Assembly (NCBI GenBank): GCA_949915775.1
Contig: CATLEG010000001.1
Coordinates: 13,292-77,291 of the forward strand
Direction of reading: 5' to 3'
DNA length: 64,000 bases
Source of the DNA: an uncultured Candidatus Melainabacteria bacterium
GTDB lineage: Bacteria > Cyanobacteriota > Vampirovibrionia > Gastranaerophilales > Gastranaerophilaceae
Below the pieces are notes generated by a model. The model was not told the origin of the DNA and made no database searches. It worked only from the letters and a program-made list of their open reading frames with translations. The position numbers and the translations under genes were made by a program. Positions 30,881 through 39,426 of the stretch are shown piece by piece (positions within the stretch are counted from its first letter, which is position 1; each line of letters opens with the position of its first letter).

Positions 30881-31105
30881 TTACAGTTTGCTTACAAAAC
30901 AAATTACGTCATCAAACAAATTCTTGATTGGTTCTGATACATCGTAATTAAGAATTTTCTTAACATATTCCATTTTTTCTTCGAATGTTAGGGTGTCTTT
31001 AACTTCTTCGGGTAAAAATGCAAGGATGTTTTCAATTTTGCTTTCATCAATTTCAAGATTGAGTAATGAATAATCAATCTCTAAAGAATTTAATTGTTTA
31101 ATCAT
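30881..31105 (-). CDS. Small hypothetical protein
   Basis: AAGGAG RBS; 74 aa, acidic. Confidence 0.65.
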   Translation of the reverse strand: MIKQLNSLEIDYSLLNLEIDESKIENILAFLPEEVKDTLTFEEKMEYVKKILNYDVSEPIKNLFDDVICFVSKL

Positions 31106-31116
31106 TTTTTAACTCC

Positions 31117-31461
31117 TTATATATATTCTGATACATAATTAAACATTTCATCAAACATTTGTTCAAGGGGTACTGTAATATCCGTAATTGCCTTTTGTTG
31201 AATTTTTTCGAAATCATTAGATTTCGGGGGTCTTACAGCTATTGTTTCAAATTTACCGGCTTCAAGCTGTTCAAGTAAATCTCTTGAAAAATCTTTTGTT
31301 TCTCTCAAATGTGACAAAATTGCACAATCAATTTTAAATAAATCTGTGGAATTTAACTCATATTCGAGTGTTTTTTCCATTTTTTCAACGTCAATAATGT
31401 CTTGCATAATGCCGTTGGCGATGATTGTACTGTCCATAGCTGTCTCTAATTTTGAACTCAT
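31117..31461 (-). CDS. Hypothetical protein
   Basis: GGAGGT RBS; 114 aa, acidic and helical. Confidence 0.7.
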   Translation of the reverse strand: MSSKLETAMDSTIIANGIMQDIIDVEKMEKTLEYELNSTDLFKIDCAILSHLRETKDFSRDLLEQLEAGKFETIAVRPPKSNDFEKIQQKAITDITVPLEQMFDEMFNYVSEYI

Positions 31462-31650
31462 TTAAGTTTTTACCTCCAATTTACTGTCCGTAAATTTTAT
31501 CTCGGATGTTTTTCAAAAAAACTTTAACAAAATGAGTGATTTGTTACATTAAATTTACAATAATTTATTTTTTTAATAATACAGGTTATCCGACCGGCTG
31601 ATTAATTATTGGGTTTAATATATATAATAAGTTCAAAAGGAGATAAATTT

Positions 31651-31881
31651 ATGATAGATTTGTATATTTCGGAAACCTGTCCATATTGTCATAAAGTTAT
31701 GGATTTTATGGCAAAAGAAAGTATTAGATATAATAAAAAAGATGTGTCAGTTCCTCAAAATCGTGAAGAACTTTTAGAAATTGGTGGTCAGCTTCAAGTT
31801 CCTTTTATTAATGATACTGATTACGGGGTATCAATGTATGAGTCTGATGATATTATTAAATATTTAACAACAAGGTGCTAG
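31651..31881 (+). CDS. Glutaredoxin-like protein
   Basis: CPYC active site, QVPFI, YESDDII; AGGAG RBS. Confidence 0.9.
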   Translation: MIDLYISETCPYCHKVMDFMAKESIRYNKKDVSVPQNREELLEIGGQLQVPFINDTDYGVSMYESDDIIKYLTTRC

Positions 31882-31882
31882 T

Positions 31883-33460
31883 ATGTTTTATAATCCATCT
31901 AATAGTTTTGAATATAATGACTGTATATCACATGGCGCATGTTCTGTTTCTCCAAACATTTCTTCTATGCAGGAAATTATGTTTATTTTGTTGAGACAAA
32001 TTGCGTATTATCTAATTAAACTTAAAAATTTCGGTATAGAAAAAGAAAATGTGGTTTATGATATAATGTCAGAATTAGCCTTTATTGATAATCTTAAAGA
32101 TTTATCTGAGGCTCAAATTTTAGACATTTTTTCAAAGCATTATATTAATTTTGTTAAAACAAGAAAAGAATATTTGAAAGTTTGTAAAGAAAATAACACT
32201 TCATGTGAAGATTTAAAAAATATATTAAAATTATCGCCAAAGACAAGTCTTTCAAGTATTTTAAAACGAGGTGATAAAGAATATTTAAATAAGTATAAAA
32301 GAATTGGACTTAACCAAAAATATTTTATAGAAGTTTTATCTGGTGTGATGAAAAGTGTTTGTATCAACTGGATAAATTTAAAAGAATACGGTGAAAATGG
32401 TAAATTCGCATCAGATTCTGTATTAAATGCATTAAATCTTTTGAATTCTGTTCGTGTATCATCTGAAAAAATTAAAGTTTATATAGATGAACTTGCAAAA
32501 ATTGATATTGAAATTTTAAGACGTATAAATGAATTACAAATAGAAAATTTTGGTGCAATAAAAACAGTAGAAGTTTCTAATTCAACTCGTCCTCATAAAG
32601 CAGTTTTAGTATCAGGTTCAAATTTACATGATTTACAACAGCTTTTAGAAGCATTGAAAGATGAAGATATTGATGTTTATACAAATGGAAATCTTTTAAT
32701 AGCACATGCGTTTGCTAAATTTTCAGAATATAAAAATTTAAAAGGTCATTTTGGAAGTGATGTATTTAATACAATTCTTGATTTTGCAACTTTCCCGGGT
32801 GCAATTCTTTTGACAAGAAATGAATCTCAAAATATAGAATATTTATATCGCGGTAGATTATTTACAACGGATGATATTGCAGCTAAAGGTGTTGTGAAAA
32901 TTGAAAATAATGATTTTTCGCCGCTTATAAAATCTGCACAATCAGCTAAAGGTTTTGCCAAAGGTCAGCAAAGAGGTTCTGAATTAATTGGTTATGATGA
33001 TGCTGAATTGGAAAAGCAAATAAATAATATTATAGAGAAAAATCCTCAAAAGATTTATATAATAGGATTTTCAAATAACTCTATGCATCAAATGGATTAT
33101 TTCAATAAATTTTTTGCAGAACTTCCGGCTGATTCATATGTAATAAGTTTCTCATACAAACCGAAAATCGAAAATTCATTACATATAAATATAGGAAATG
33201 ACTATGCAATATTGTATTCTATTTTGCATAAAATTGTACAAAAGATATCTATTGATTCTGAAAAATTAGTATTTTTTATGACAAAATGTGATACAAATTC
33301 ATTGTCAAATATAATAAATTTAAAAAACAGAGGTGCAAAAACAGTATTTTTGTCGGATTGTCCGCCTCTTGTAATTAATCCTTCTGTTTTGAACGCTTTT
33401 ACAAGAATGTTTAAAGTCAATATGATAACAAATCCTAAAGATGATTTGTTAAATATTTGA
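31883..33460 (+). CDS. Hybrid cluster protein (Hcp/prismane)-fold homologue, degenerate
   Basis: DCISHGAC, DIDVYTNGNLLIAHAF, KNLKGHFG, FPGAILLT, YRGRLFTT match the Hcp scaffold; most cluster ligands are replaced. Confidence 0.7.
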   Translation: MFYNPSNSFEYNDCISHGACSVSPNISSMQEIMFILLRQIAYYLIKLKNFGIEKENVVYDIMSELAFIDNLKDLSEAQILDIFSKHYINFVKTRKEYLKVCKENNTSCEDLKNILKLSPKTSLSSILKRGDKEYLNKYKRIGLNQKYFIEVLSGVMKSVCINWINLKEYGENGKFASDSVLNALNLLNSVRVSSEKIKVYIDELAKIDIEILRRINELQIENFGAIKTVEVSNSTRPHKAVLVSGSNLHDLQQLLEALKDEDIDVYTNGNLLIAHAFAKFSEYKNLKGHFGSDVFNTILDFATFPGAILLTRNESQNIEYLYRGRLFTTDDIAAKGVVKIENNDFSPLIKSAQSAKGFAKGQQRGSELIGYDDAELEKQINNIIEKNPQKIYIIGFSNNSMHQMDYFNKFFAELPADSYVISFSYKPKIENSLHINIGNDYAILYSILHKIVQKISIDSEKLVFFMTKCDTNSLSNIINLKNRGAKTVFLSDCPPLVINPSVLNAFTRMFKVNMITNPKDDLLNI

Positions 33461-33684
33461 TTTAGGTTTAATTAATTAAATTTTTACAAAAAATTTACAA
33501 ATATTTTGTAAATTTTGTAATTAGGATAATAAGATTTGCCTGAGATGTAAGTATAGTATGCTTTTTCTTGTCAATCCATGTTTTTGTTTATATGAAAACA
33601 CTGACTTGTTGATTATTAAAATAATCTTTATAATAATTTTGAAGATTTACATATAGTGAATATAACAAAATAGGAGAAGTAAAA

Positions 33685-34599
33685 ATGAAAAAGTTAAAAG
33701 AAAAAATTTCACAGGCATTACGAAATTATGGGAAATTGGAAATAACGTTGGACGAGGTATTACAATCGCAAGAAAATCTGCTTAAAAATTATTCAAATCC
33801 TGTTTTTAGTAATAAAGATAAGAATAAAATACTAAAGCAATTTACAAATTTGAAAAATATTGGAAACTCTTTATACCGTTATAATGCATTGAAAGAAAAT
33901 GATTATCAACAAGATGCAGAGGAAGAAAAATCAAATATTGAAAACACAGTATTAAAAGGCGGCATAAGTTATAATAAATACGTTTGGCATTCTGAAAATG
34001 GTGAACATACTTGTGATGTGTGTAAATCATTGGACGGTAAAGTTTTTGATTTTTATGATGAAGTTCCCGAACGTCCTCATCCGAATTGCAAGTGTACAGT
34101 TGAAGTTGTGGAAGATTCCGATATTGGTGAAATAGAAAATGATGGAAGTGTAACTGAATCTAAAAATCCAAATTCTCAGAAACTCCCAGCACAAGAATGG
34201 ATTATGCCATGTGATGGTCCTATTACCAGTGGTTATGGGAAAAGAGATGTGCCTGTACCAGGTGCTAGCAGTAATCATAATGGTTGGGATATTGGAGTTC
34301 CTATTGGCACTCCAGTTAAGGTAGTTGCAGATGGTAAAGTTTACTATGCCGGAAGAGCTGATGGATATGGAAAAATGGTTATAATAGATCATGGAAAAAT
34401 AAATGGTACTACAGTTACTAGTGAATATGGACACATTTCCTCTTGGAATGTGTCTTATGGGCAAATGGTTAAGCAAGGACAAGTTATTGCAAAATCAGGA
34501 AATGAAGGAATATCTAGTGGACCTCATTTACACATTACAATTAGAGAAGGTGCTTATCGAGGTAAAGCTGAAGATCCTGGCAAATATATTAAATTTTAA
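33685..34599 (+). CDS. MuF-like Cys/His domain fused to M23 peptidase
   Basis: TCDVCKSLDGKVF...PHPNCKC; M23 motifs HNGWD (HxxxD), GPHLH (HxH); no signal peptide. Confidence 0.82.
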   Translation: MKKLKEKISQALRNYGKLEITLDEVLQSQENLLKNYSNPVFSNKDKNKILKQFTNLKNIGNSLYRYNALKENDYQQDAEEEKSNIENTVLKGGISYNKYVWHSENGEHTCDVCKSLDGKVFDFYDEVPERPHPNCKCTVEVVEDSDIGEIENDGSVTESKNPNSQKLPAQEWIMPCDGPITSGYGKRDVPVPGASSNHNGWDIGVPIGTPVKVVADGKVYYAGRADGYGKMVIIDHGKINGTTVTSEYGHISSWNVSYGQMVKQGQVIAKSGNEGISSGPHLHITIREGAYRGKAEDPGKYIKF

Positions 34600-35100
34600 T
34601 TATGGACGTAACTTTTCAACTTGTTTGATATATTCTTCTATGATTTTAATCTGTTTATTTTCGTAAAGGATAATTTTTGTTAGTTTATTTTGATTAACAT
34701 TATTATCCTTTATATAAGGATAAAGGTATTCGTAAATAGGATTTGTGCTATCAGTTCCTAATGGTTGATACTTAGTACCTAAATACTTTTCTTGTGTAAC
34801 TTTCATCAACTTTGCGTATAAATCTAAATCAGCAGCCGGTATACAAACTTCTGATATTAGTGTTAGATTAATATAATTCTCAAGATTAAAACCATTTTTT
34901 AGAACATTATCTCTCAAATTTTTAGCATTTTTAATATATTCATCAACATTTTTAATTGCTTTAGGGTATTCAGTATTAATAATATATTCCATTTCTTTTT
35001 TATACTGTTTACTCAAATTTTTAGGTATCGGTTTATACTCTGCAAATGCAGACAGAGAAGTTAAAATTAATATAAATAAAATTAAAAAAATTTTTTTCAT
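34600..35100 (-). CDS. Secreted hypothetical protein (immunity candidate 1)
   Basis: Signal peptide MKKIFLILFILILTSLSAFA-EYKPIP; abuts the M23 stop convergently. Confidence 0.75.
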   Translation of the reverse strand: MKKIFLILFILILTSLSAFAEYKPIPKNLSKQYKKEMEYIINTEYPKAIKNVDEYIKNAKNLRDNVLKNGFNLENYINLTLISEVCIPAADLDLYAKLMKVTQEKYLGTKYQPLGTDSTNPIYEYLYPYIKDNNVNQNKLTKIILYENKQIKIIEEYIKQVEKLRP

Positions 35101-35231
35101 AATATATAATTTCCTTCAATAATAAAATATTTTATAGCAAACTAAAAAAATTAACAGTATTAGAGTATGAATTAATTATTACAAATATTTTGACATTTAG
35201 AAAATGGTAAGATGTATGTGAATTATAGGAC

Positions 35232-35348
35232 GGTACTGCTGGAATTGGAAAGAATGGTAAAGTGATGACTACTGGCCCTCATTTACATTTTGGTGTTCAT
35301 AAAAATGGTCAATCAATAAATCCACTAGATTTTATCAGAAATTTTTAG
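35232..35348 (+). pseudogene. Orphan M23 C-terminal fragment
   Basis: GTAGIGKNGKVMTTGPHLHFGVHKNGQSINPLDFIRNF*; in-frame stop just upstream and no start codon. Confidence 0.75.
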
Positions 35349-35948
35349 TATGTAAATATTGATTTTTGAATATACATATTCTTTTGCTTTTAGTAAATCC
35401 ATTAATTTGTCTGAATAATCTACTTGATATCTTTCTATATAATATTTATATAGGAAGATATCACTTTCTGTTCCGGGTTCAAGTTCTAAATTATATTTTT
35501 TTATATAAGGTTGTATTTGTTCAATAATTGTATCTGGATATAGGCTAATTGTTCCGTTCATTTCTTTTAATTGTTCAATAAATATTTTATTTTGTTCATT
35601 ATTTTGAGGATTATTCAAATATTCTTGATATATAGAGTCAGATTTTTTATTAAAGTCAAAAAGCATTTGTTTTAAGGTTTTGTTATTATATGTAATTTTG
35701 TCATATAAAATGTGTTTTAAACCTTTACTTGCATCTAAGCGAAAATTATTAATAAGATTTTCAGGAATCTTTTTTACATATTCATCTTGTAAAGCTTCTG
35801 GTACCGGTTCATAATTGTCTAAATCTCTTATTTTAGTTAATATTTCAAAGTCTATTTTATTTAAATGATTAGGTATCGGTTTGTACTCAGCGAAAGTAGA
35901 CAGAGAAGTTAAAATTAATATAAATAAAACTAAAAAAATTTTTTTCAT
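35325..35948 (-). CDS. Secreted hypothetical protein (immunity candidate 2)
   Basis: First 26 aa nearly identical to 34600..35100 (MKKIFLVLFILILTSLSTFAEYKPIP); unrelated thereafter. Confidence 0.75.
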   Translation of the reverse strand: MKKIFLVLFILILTSLSTFAEYKPIPNHLNKIDFEILTKIRDLDNYEPVPEALQDEYVKKIPENLINNFRLDASKGLKHILYDKITYNNKTLKQMLFDFNKKSDSIYQEYLNNPQNNEQNKIFIEQLKEMNGTISLYPDTIIEQIQPYIKKYNLELEPGTESDIFLYKYYIERYQVDYSDKLMDLLKAKEYVYSKINIYILKISDKI

Positions 35949-36093
35949 AATATATATTTTCCTTTGCATTTATTTTAATCTGTCAGGATGTTTTTTGCAA
36001 TACTTAGCTGCTATTCTCAGTTCGTAAAAATGGAATGTGACTATAAATAATATAATAACTTTTTTTTTAACTTATTTGTAATATAATATTGGT

Positions 36094-37461
36094 ATGATGA
36101 ACGTTCAAAACATTATCGACAGACTTAGAGAGATAATGGACGATGAAACTATTATTCAGCTTAAAGATGAATTAAATAGTTATCACGTTGCCGATCTCGC
36201 TGATATTTTTCAAGAATTTAAACCTGAAGAAAGATTACAGTGTTTTAAACTTCTTGATCTGGATAAAGCTGCCGATTTAATGGAATATTTACCCCCGCAA
36301 ATGCAGGTTGAACTTTTAAGTGATATTGACGAAAACCATGCATCTCAAATTCTTACTCAATTGCCTCATGATGCAGCAGCTGATGTTCTTGGTGATATGG
36401 AAGAAGATGAAAGTGAAACTTATTTAGACAAACTTCCTCACAAATTTTCAGAAGAAGTTAGAGAACTTTTAACATATAACGAAGATACAGCCGGCGGGAT
36501 TATGAATCCGTCAGTATTGACCGTTAATTCTGATATGAGTGTTCAAGATGTCTTGAATCATATTAGAATAAAAGCCGAACAAGACAATATGGAACTTTAT
36601 TATGTTTATGTTGTTGATAAACAAAATCATCTTATGGGCGTTGTTTCTTTGAGAAAACTTTTGACTTCTCCAACAAATCAAAAAGTTGAAGATATTATGA
36701 TTTCTGATATTGTTCGTTTGCATGTTGATGATTACAGTGATTATATTATTGATGAATTTATGAAATATCAGTATAATGCTTTACCAGTTGTGGATTTATA
36801 CAATAGATTAAAAGGTATGATTACTTGGGATGATGTTCATGATTTGTTTGAAGAAGAAACAACAGAAGAAATTTATCAGTCATCCGGTATTTCAACAGAA
36901 GTTGTAGATGAAGATGAAATTCTTTCAGGTAATGTGTTTAATGCTATTAGAGCTCGTACTCCTTGGCTGTTTATAACACTTATCGGAGAATTTATTGCAG
37001 TTAATGTTGGTCATCATTTTGATCATACTTTGCAGGCTTTGCCTATAATTGCAATATTTATGCCGCTGCTTGCAGGATTAGGCGGGAACATTGGTACACA
37101 AAGTATTACGTTAATGGTGCGCGGGCTTTCAACAGGTCAGGTAACTTTAAGTTCTGCTGTACATCACATTTTTAGAGAAACTTTAATTGGTTTATTAATC
37201 GGTTCAATTTTCGGGCTGCTTGTGACTCTTGTTACCTGGGGTTGGCAGCATAATATGGAATTAGGAATTATAGTTGGGCTTGCAATGGCAATTAATATGA
37301 CTATGGCTACAGTTATAGGAACATTTACACCTTTTGCTTTAAAGGCAATGAAAATAGATCCGGCAGTTGCATCAGGGCCGGTAATTGCTACTACTATTGA
37401 TGTTTTGGGACTGGCAATTTATTTTACGCTGGTTTCAACTTATTTAATTAAGGTTATGTAA
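36094..37461 (+). CDS. mgtE: Magnesium transporter MgtE
   Basis: MgtE_N, CBS pair, GGNIGTQS, DPAVASGPVIATTIDV. Confidence 0.95.
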   Translation: MMNVQNIIDRLREIMDDETIIQLKDELNSYHVADLADIFQEFKPEERLQCFKLLDLDKAADLMEYLPPQMQVELLSDIDENHASQILTQLPHDAAADVLGDMEEDESETYLDKLPHKFSEEVRELLTYNEDTAGGIMNPSVLTVNSDMSVQDVLNHIRIKAEQDNMELYYVYVVDKQNHLMGVVSLRKLLTSPTNQKVEDIMISDIVRLHVDDYSDYIIDEFMKYQYNALPVVDLYNRLKGMITWDDVHDLFEEETTEEIYQSSGISTEVVDEDEILSGNVFNAIRARTPWLFITLIGEFIAVNVGHHFDHTLQALPIIAIFMPLLAGLGGNIGTQSITLMVRGLSTGQVTLSSAVHHIFRETLIGLLIGSIFGLLVTLVTWGWQHNMELGIIVGLAMAINMTMATVIGTFTPFALKAMKIDPAVASGPVIATTIDVLGLAIYFTLVSTYLIKVM

Positions 37462-37471
37462 AGGAATAATT

Positions 37472-38794
37472 ATGACAAATAAAATTAGTAGACGTGAAAG
37501 AACAGAATCATTTGTTAGACATATAAAAAAAGAGCGGGAAGAAAGTTCTTCTTTTGCTAAAGTTTTAATTGGTATGATAATTGTATTTGTAGGAATTATT
37601 GCTGCTTTATTTATTTTTGCGGGCAATGAAGAAATTATAACTAAAAATTTTGGTGAGAATTCTATTGTAACAAAGATTTATAAAAAATTAATTCAAACAA
37701 GTGCTAATAAAGAACATGCGGATTTTGCACTTCCATTTGGTTTAAGACGTCAAAATATTTTGTTTTTGGGAGTTGATGCAAGCGGAAATCCTGATGATTT
37801 ATGGACCGGCACAAGAACTGATACTATAATTCTTGTTAATATTGATCCTAAAACAAAATCTGTTAATGCATTATCAATTCCTCGTGATAGTAAAGTTTAT
37901 CTTCCAAAAAATAATGGAGTCAATAAGATTAACGCTGCACATGCTATAGGCGGCGTTGAAATGACTAAAAGAACTGTAGAAGATACATTAGGAGTCCATA
38001 TTGATCGTTATGTAATGGTTCATGATGATGCTGTTAAAGAAATTGTTAATGCAATGGACGGGTTAGACATTTATGTCGAAAAACCAATGCATTACAATGA
38101 TTATTCAGGAAATTTACATATTAATTTTACTAAAGGAAATCATCATTTGAATGGTCAGCAGGCTGTTGAATATTTGAGATTTAGACATGATGCACTGGGT
38201 GATATTGGCAGAACACAGCGCCAGCAGTGGTTATTAAGAAGTTTATTAACTCAATTAAAGCAGCCGTCAACTATAACAAAAATTCCAGATATAATTTCTG
38301 TTGCGAAAAAATATGTTAAAACGGATATGTCTTTTTATGAAATGTCACAATATGCAGCACTTGCAAGACATGTTGATATGGATAAGATAGAAATAGCAAT
38401 GCTTCCTGGGGCACCAAATCAGAAAGGTTATATAAGTTATTGGATTTTAGACCCAGAGAAAACTCAAGAAGTAGTTAATAGAGTGATTTATAGAGACAAA
38501 GAACATTTTGATGAAACAATGCCTGTTACGGCAAGTGTGTTGGCATCGGACTCTCTTAAAGGTGAAGCTTTTGCACAGCATTTGAAAGATGCCGGAATTG
38601 AGGTGAAATGTACCGGCCATATATCTCGTGCACATTCTCAGTTTATTGCTCATTCAAGTAAAATTACGAACGAATATTATAATCATTTGAAAAAGAAAGA
38701 TGAAAGTATGGGCGGATTGCAGTTTGTATATGATCCGGTGAATTATTATTGCGGTGAGTCAGATTTTACGGTGATTTTATCCGGCAATCAATAA
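37472..38794 (+). CDS. LCP (LytR-CpsA-Psr) family protein
   Basis: ILFLGVD, RTDTIILV, SIPRDS, KINAAH, LRFRHD, DIGRTQRQQ. Confidence 0.92.
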   Translation: MTNKISRRERTESFVRHIKKEREESSSFAKVLIGMIIVFVGIIAALFIFAGNEEIITKNFGENSIVTKIYKKLIQTSANKEHADFALPFGLRRQNILFLGVDASGNPDDLWTGTRTDTIILVNIDPKTKSVNALSIPRDSKVYLPKNNGVNKINAAHAIGGVEMTKRTVEDTLGVHIDRYVMVHDDAVKEIVNAMDGLDIYVEKPMHYNDYSGNLHINFTKGNHHLNGQQAVEYLRFRHDALGDIGRTQRQQWLLRSLLTQLKQPSTITKIPDIISVAKKYVKTDMSFYEMSQYAALARHVDMDKIEIAMLPGAPNQKGYISYWILDPEKTQEVVNRVIYRDKEHFDETMPVTASVLASDSLKGEAFAQHLKDAGIEVKCTGHISRAHSQFIAHSSKITNEYYNHLKKKDESMGGLQFVYDPVNYYCGESDFTVILSGNQ

Positions 38795-38812
38795 AATTCC
38801 ATATAGGAAAAT

Positions 38813-38886
38813 GTGCTTGTAGCTCAGCTGGATAGAGCGTTTCCCTCCGAAGGAAAAGGTCGTGCGTTCGAATCGCATCAGGCACA
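38813..38886 (+). tRNA. tRNA-Arg(CCG)
   Basis: Acceptor GTGCTTG/CAGGCAC; anticodon arm TTTCC-CTCCGAA-GGAAA; T arm GTGCG-TTCGAAT-CGCAT. Confidence 0.95.
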
Positions 38887-38888
38887 AA

Positions 38889-39310
38889 TAAAAAGACGGC
38901 AATAGCCGTCTTTTTATTTGTAATGATAGCAGATACGAGCGCCAATTGCGTTCGAGCGAAATTTTTGCAGAGGGCGAAAGCATTTTCTTTGAACAATGCA
39001 AATTGTGAAAAGAAAATCTGTAGACCCGTTTATCGCAAAAATTTCAAGACAATCGCATCAGAGATTAAAAAGATGGCAACAGCCATCTTTTTATTTGTAA
39101 ATGATAGCGGATGCGAACGTCAATTGCGTTCAAGCGAAGTTTTTGCAGAGGGCGAAAGCATTTTCTTTGAACAATGTCAATTGTGAAAAGAAAATCTGTA
39201 GACCCGTTTAATGCAAAAATTTCAAGACAATCGCATCAGAGATTAAAAAGATGGCAATAGCCATCTTTTTATTTGTAAATGATAGCAGATGTGAACGCCA
39301 ATTGCGTTTG
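38889..39310 (+). repeat. tRNA-linked tandem repeat, ~2.4 copies of 177-178 bp
   Basis: Units start at 38889, 39066 and 39244. Each begins with a terminator hairpin; complete units end with AATCGCATCAG, identical to tRNA positions 38871-38881. Confidence 0.9.
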
Positions 39311-39426
39311 GCGTAAGTTAGTGTATTTTTTATATGTCAAATTGTAACATTTTATACAATACAACTAAAGTTTGCTTAATATACATCCGTTAAAAAAATT
39401 ATTAGCAGAATTTATAGGTATAAATT

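Noticed and set aside
33490-33516. 27-bp palindrome AAAATTTACAAA-TAT-TTTGTAAATTTT as a specific operator
   Set aside because: Almost entirely A/T in an AT-rich spacer; cannot be distinguished from chance or a weak terminator.
38766-39186. ORFs 38766-38996, 38777-39001, 38923-39186 (also 52974-53225 and 63519-63914)
   Set aside because: Shadow frames over tRNA genes and non-coding repeats.
38889-39310. CRISPR array, or intron-split tRNAs
   Set aside because: The 178-bp units have no variable spacers. They contain only T-arm/acceptor fragments with no D or anticodon arm and no recognisable group I core.
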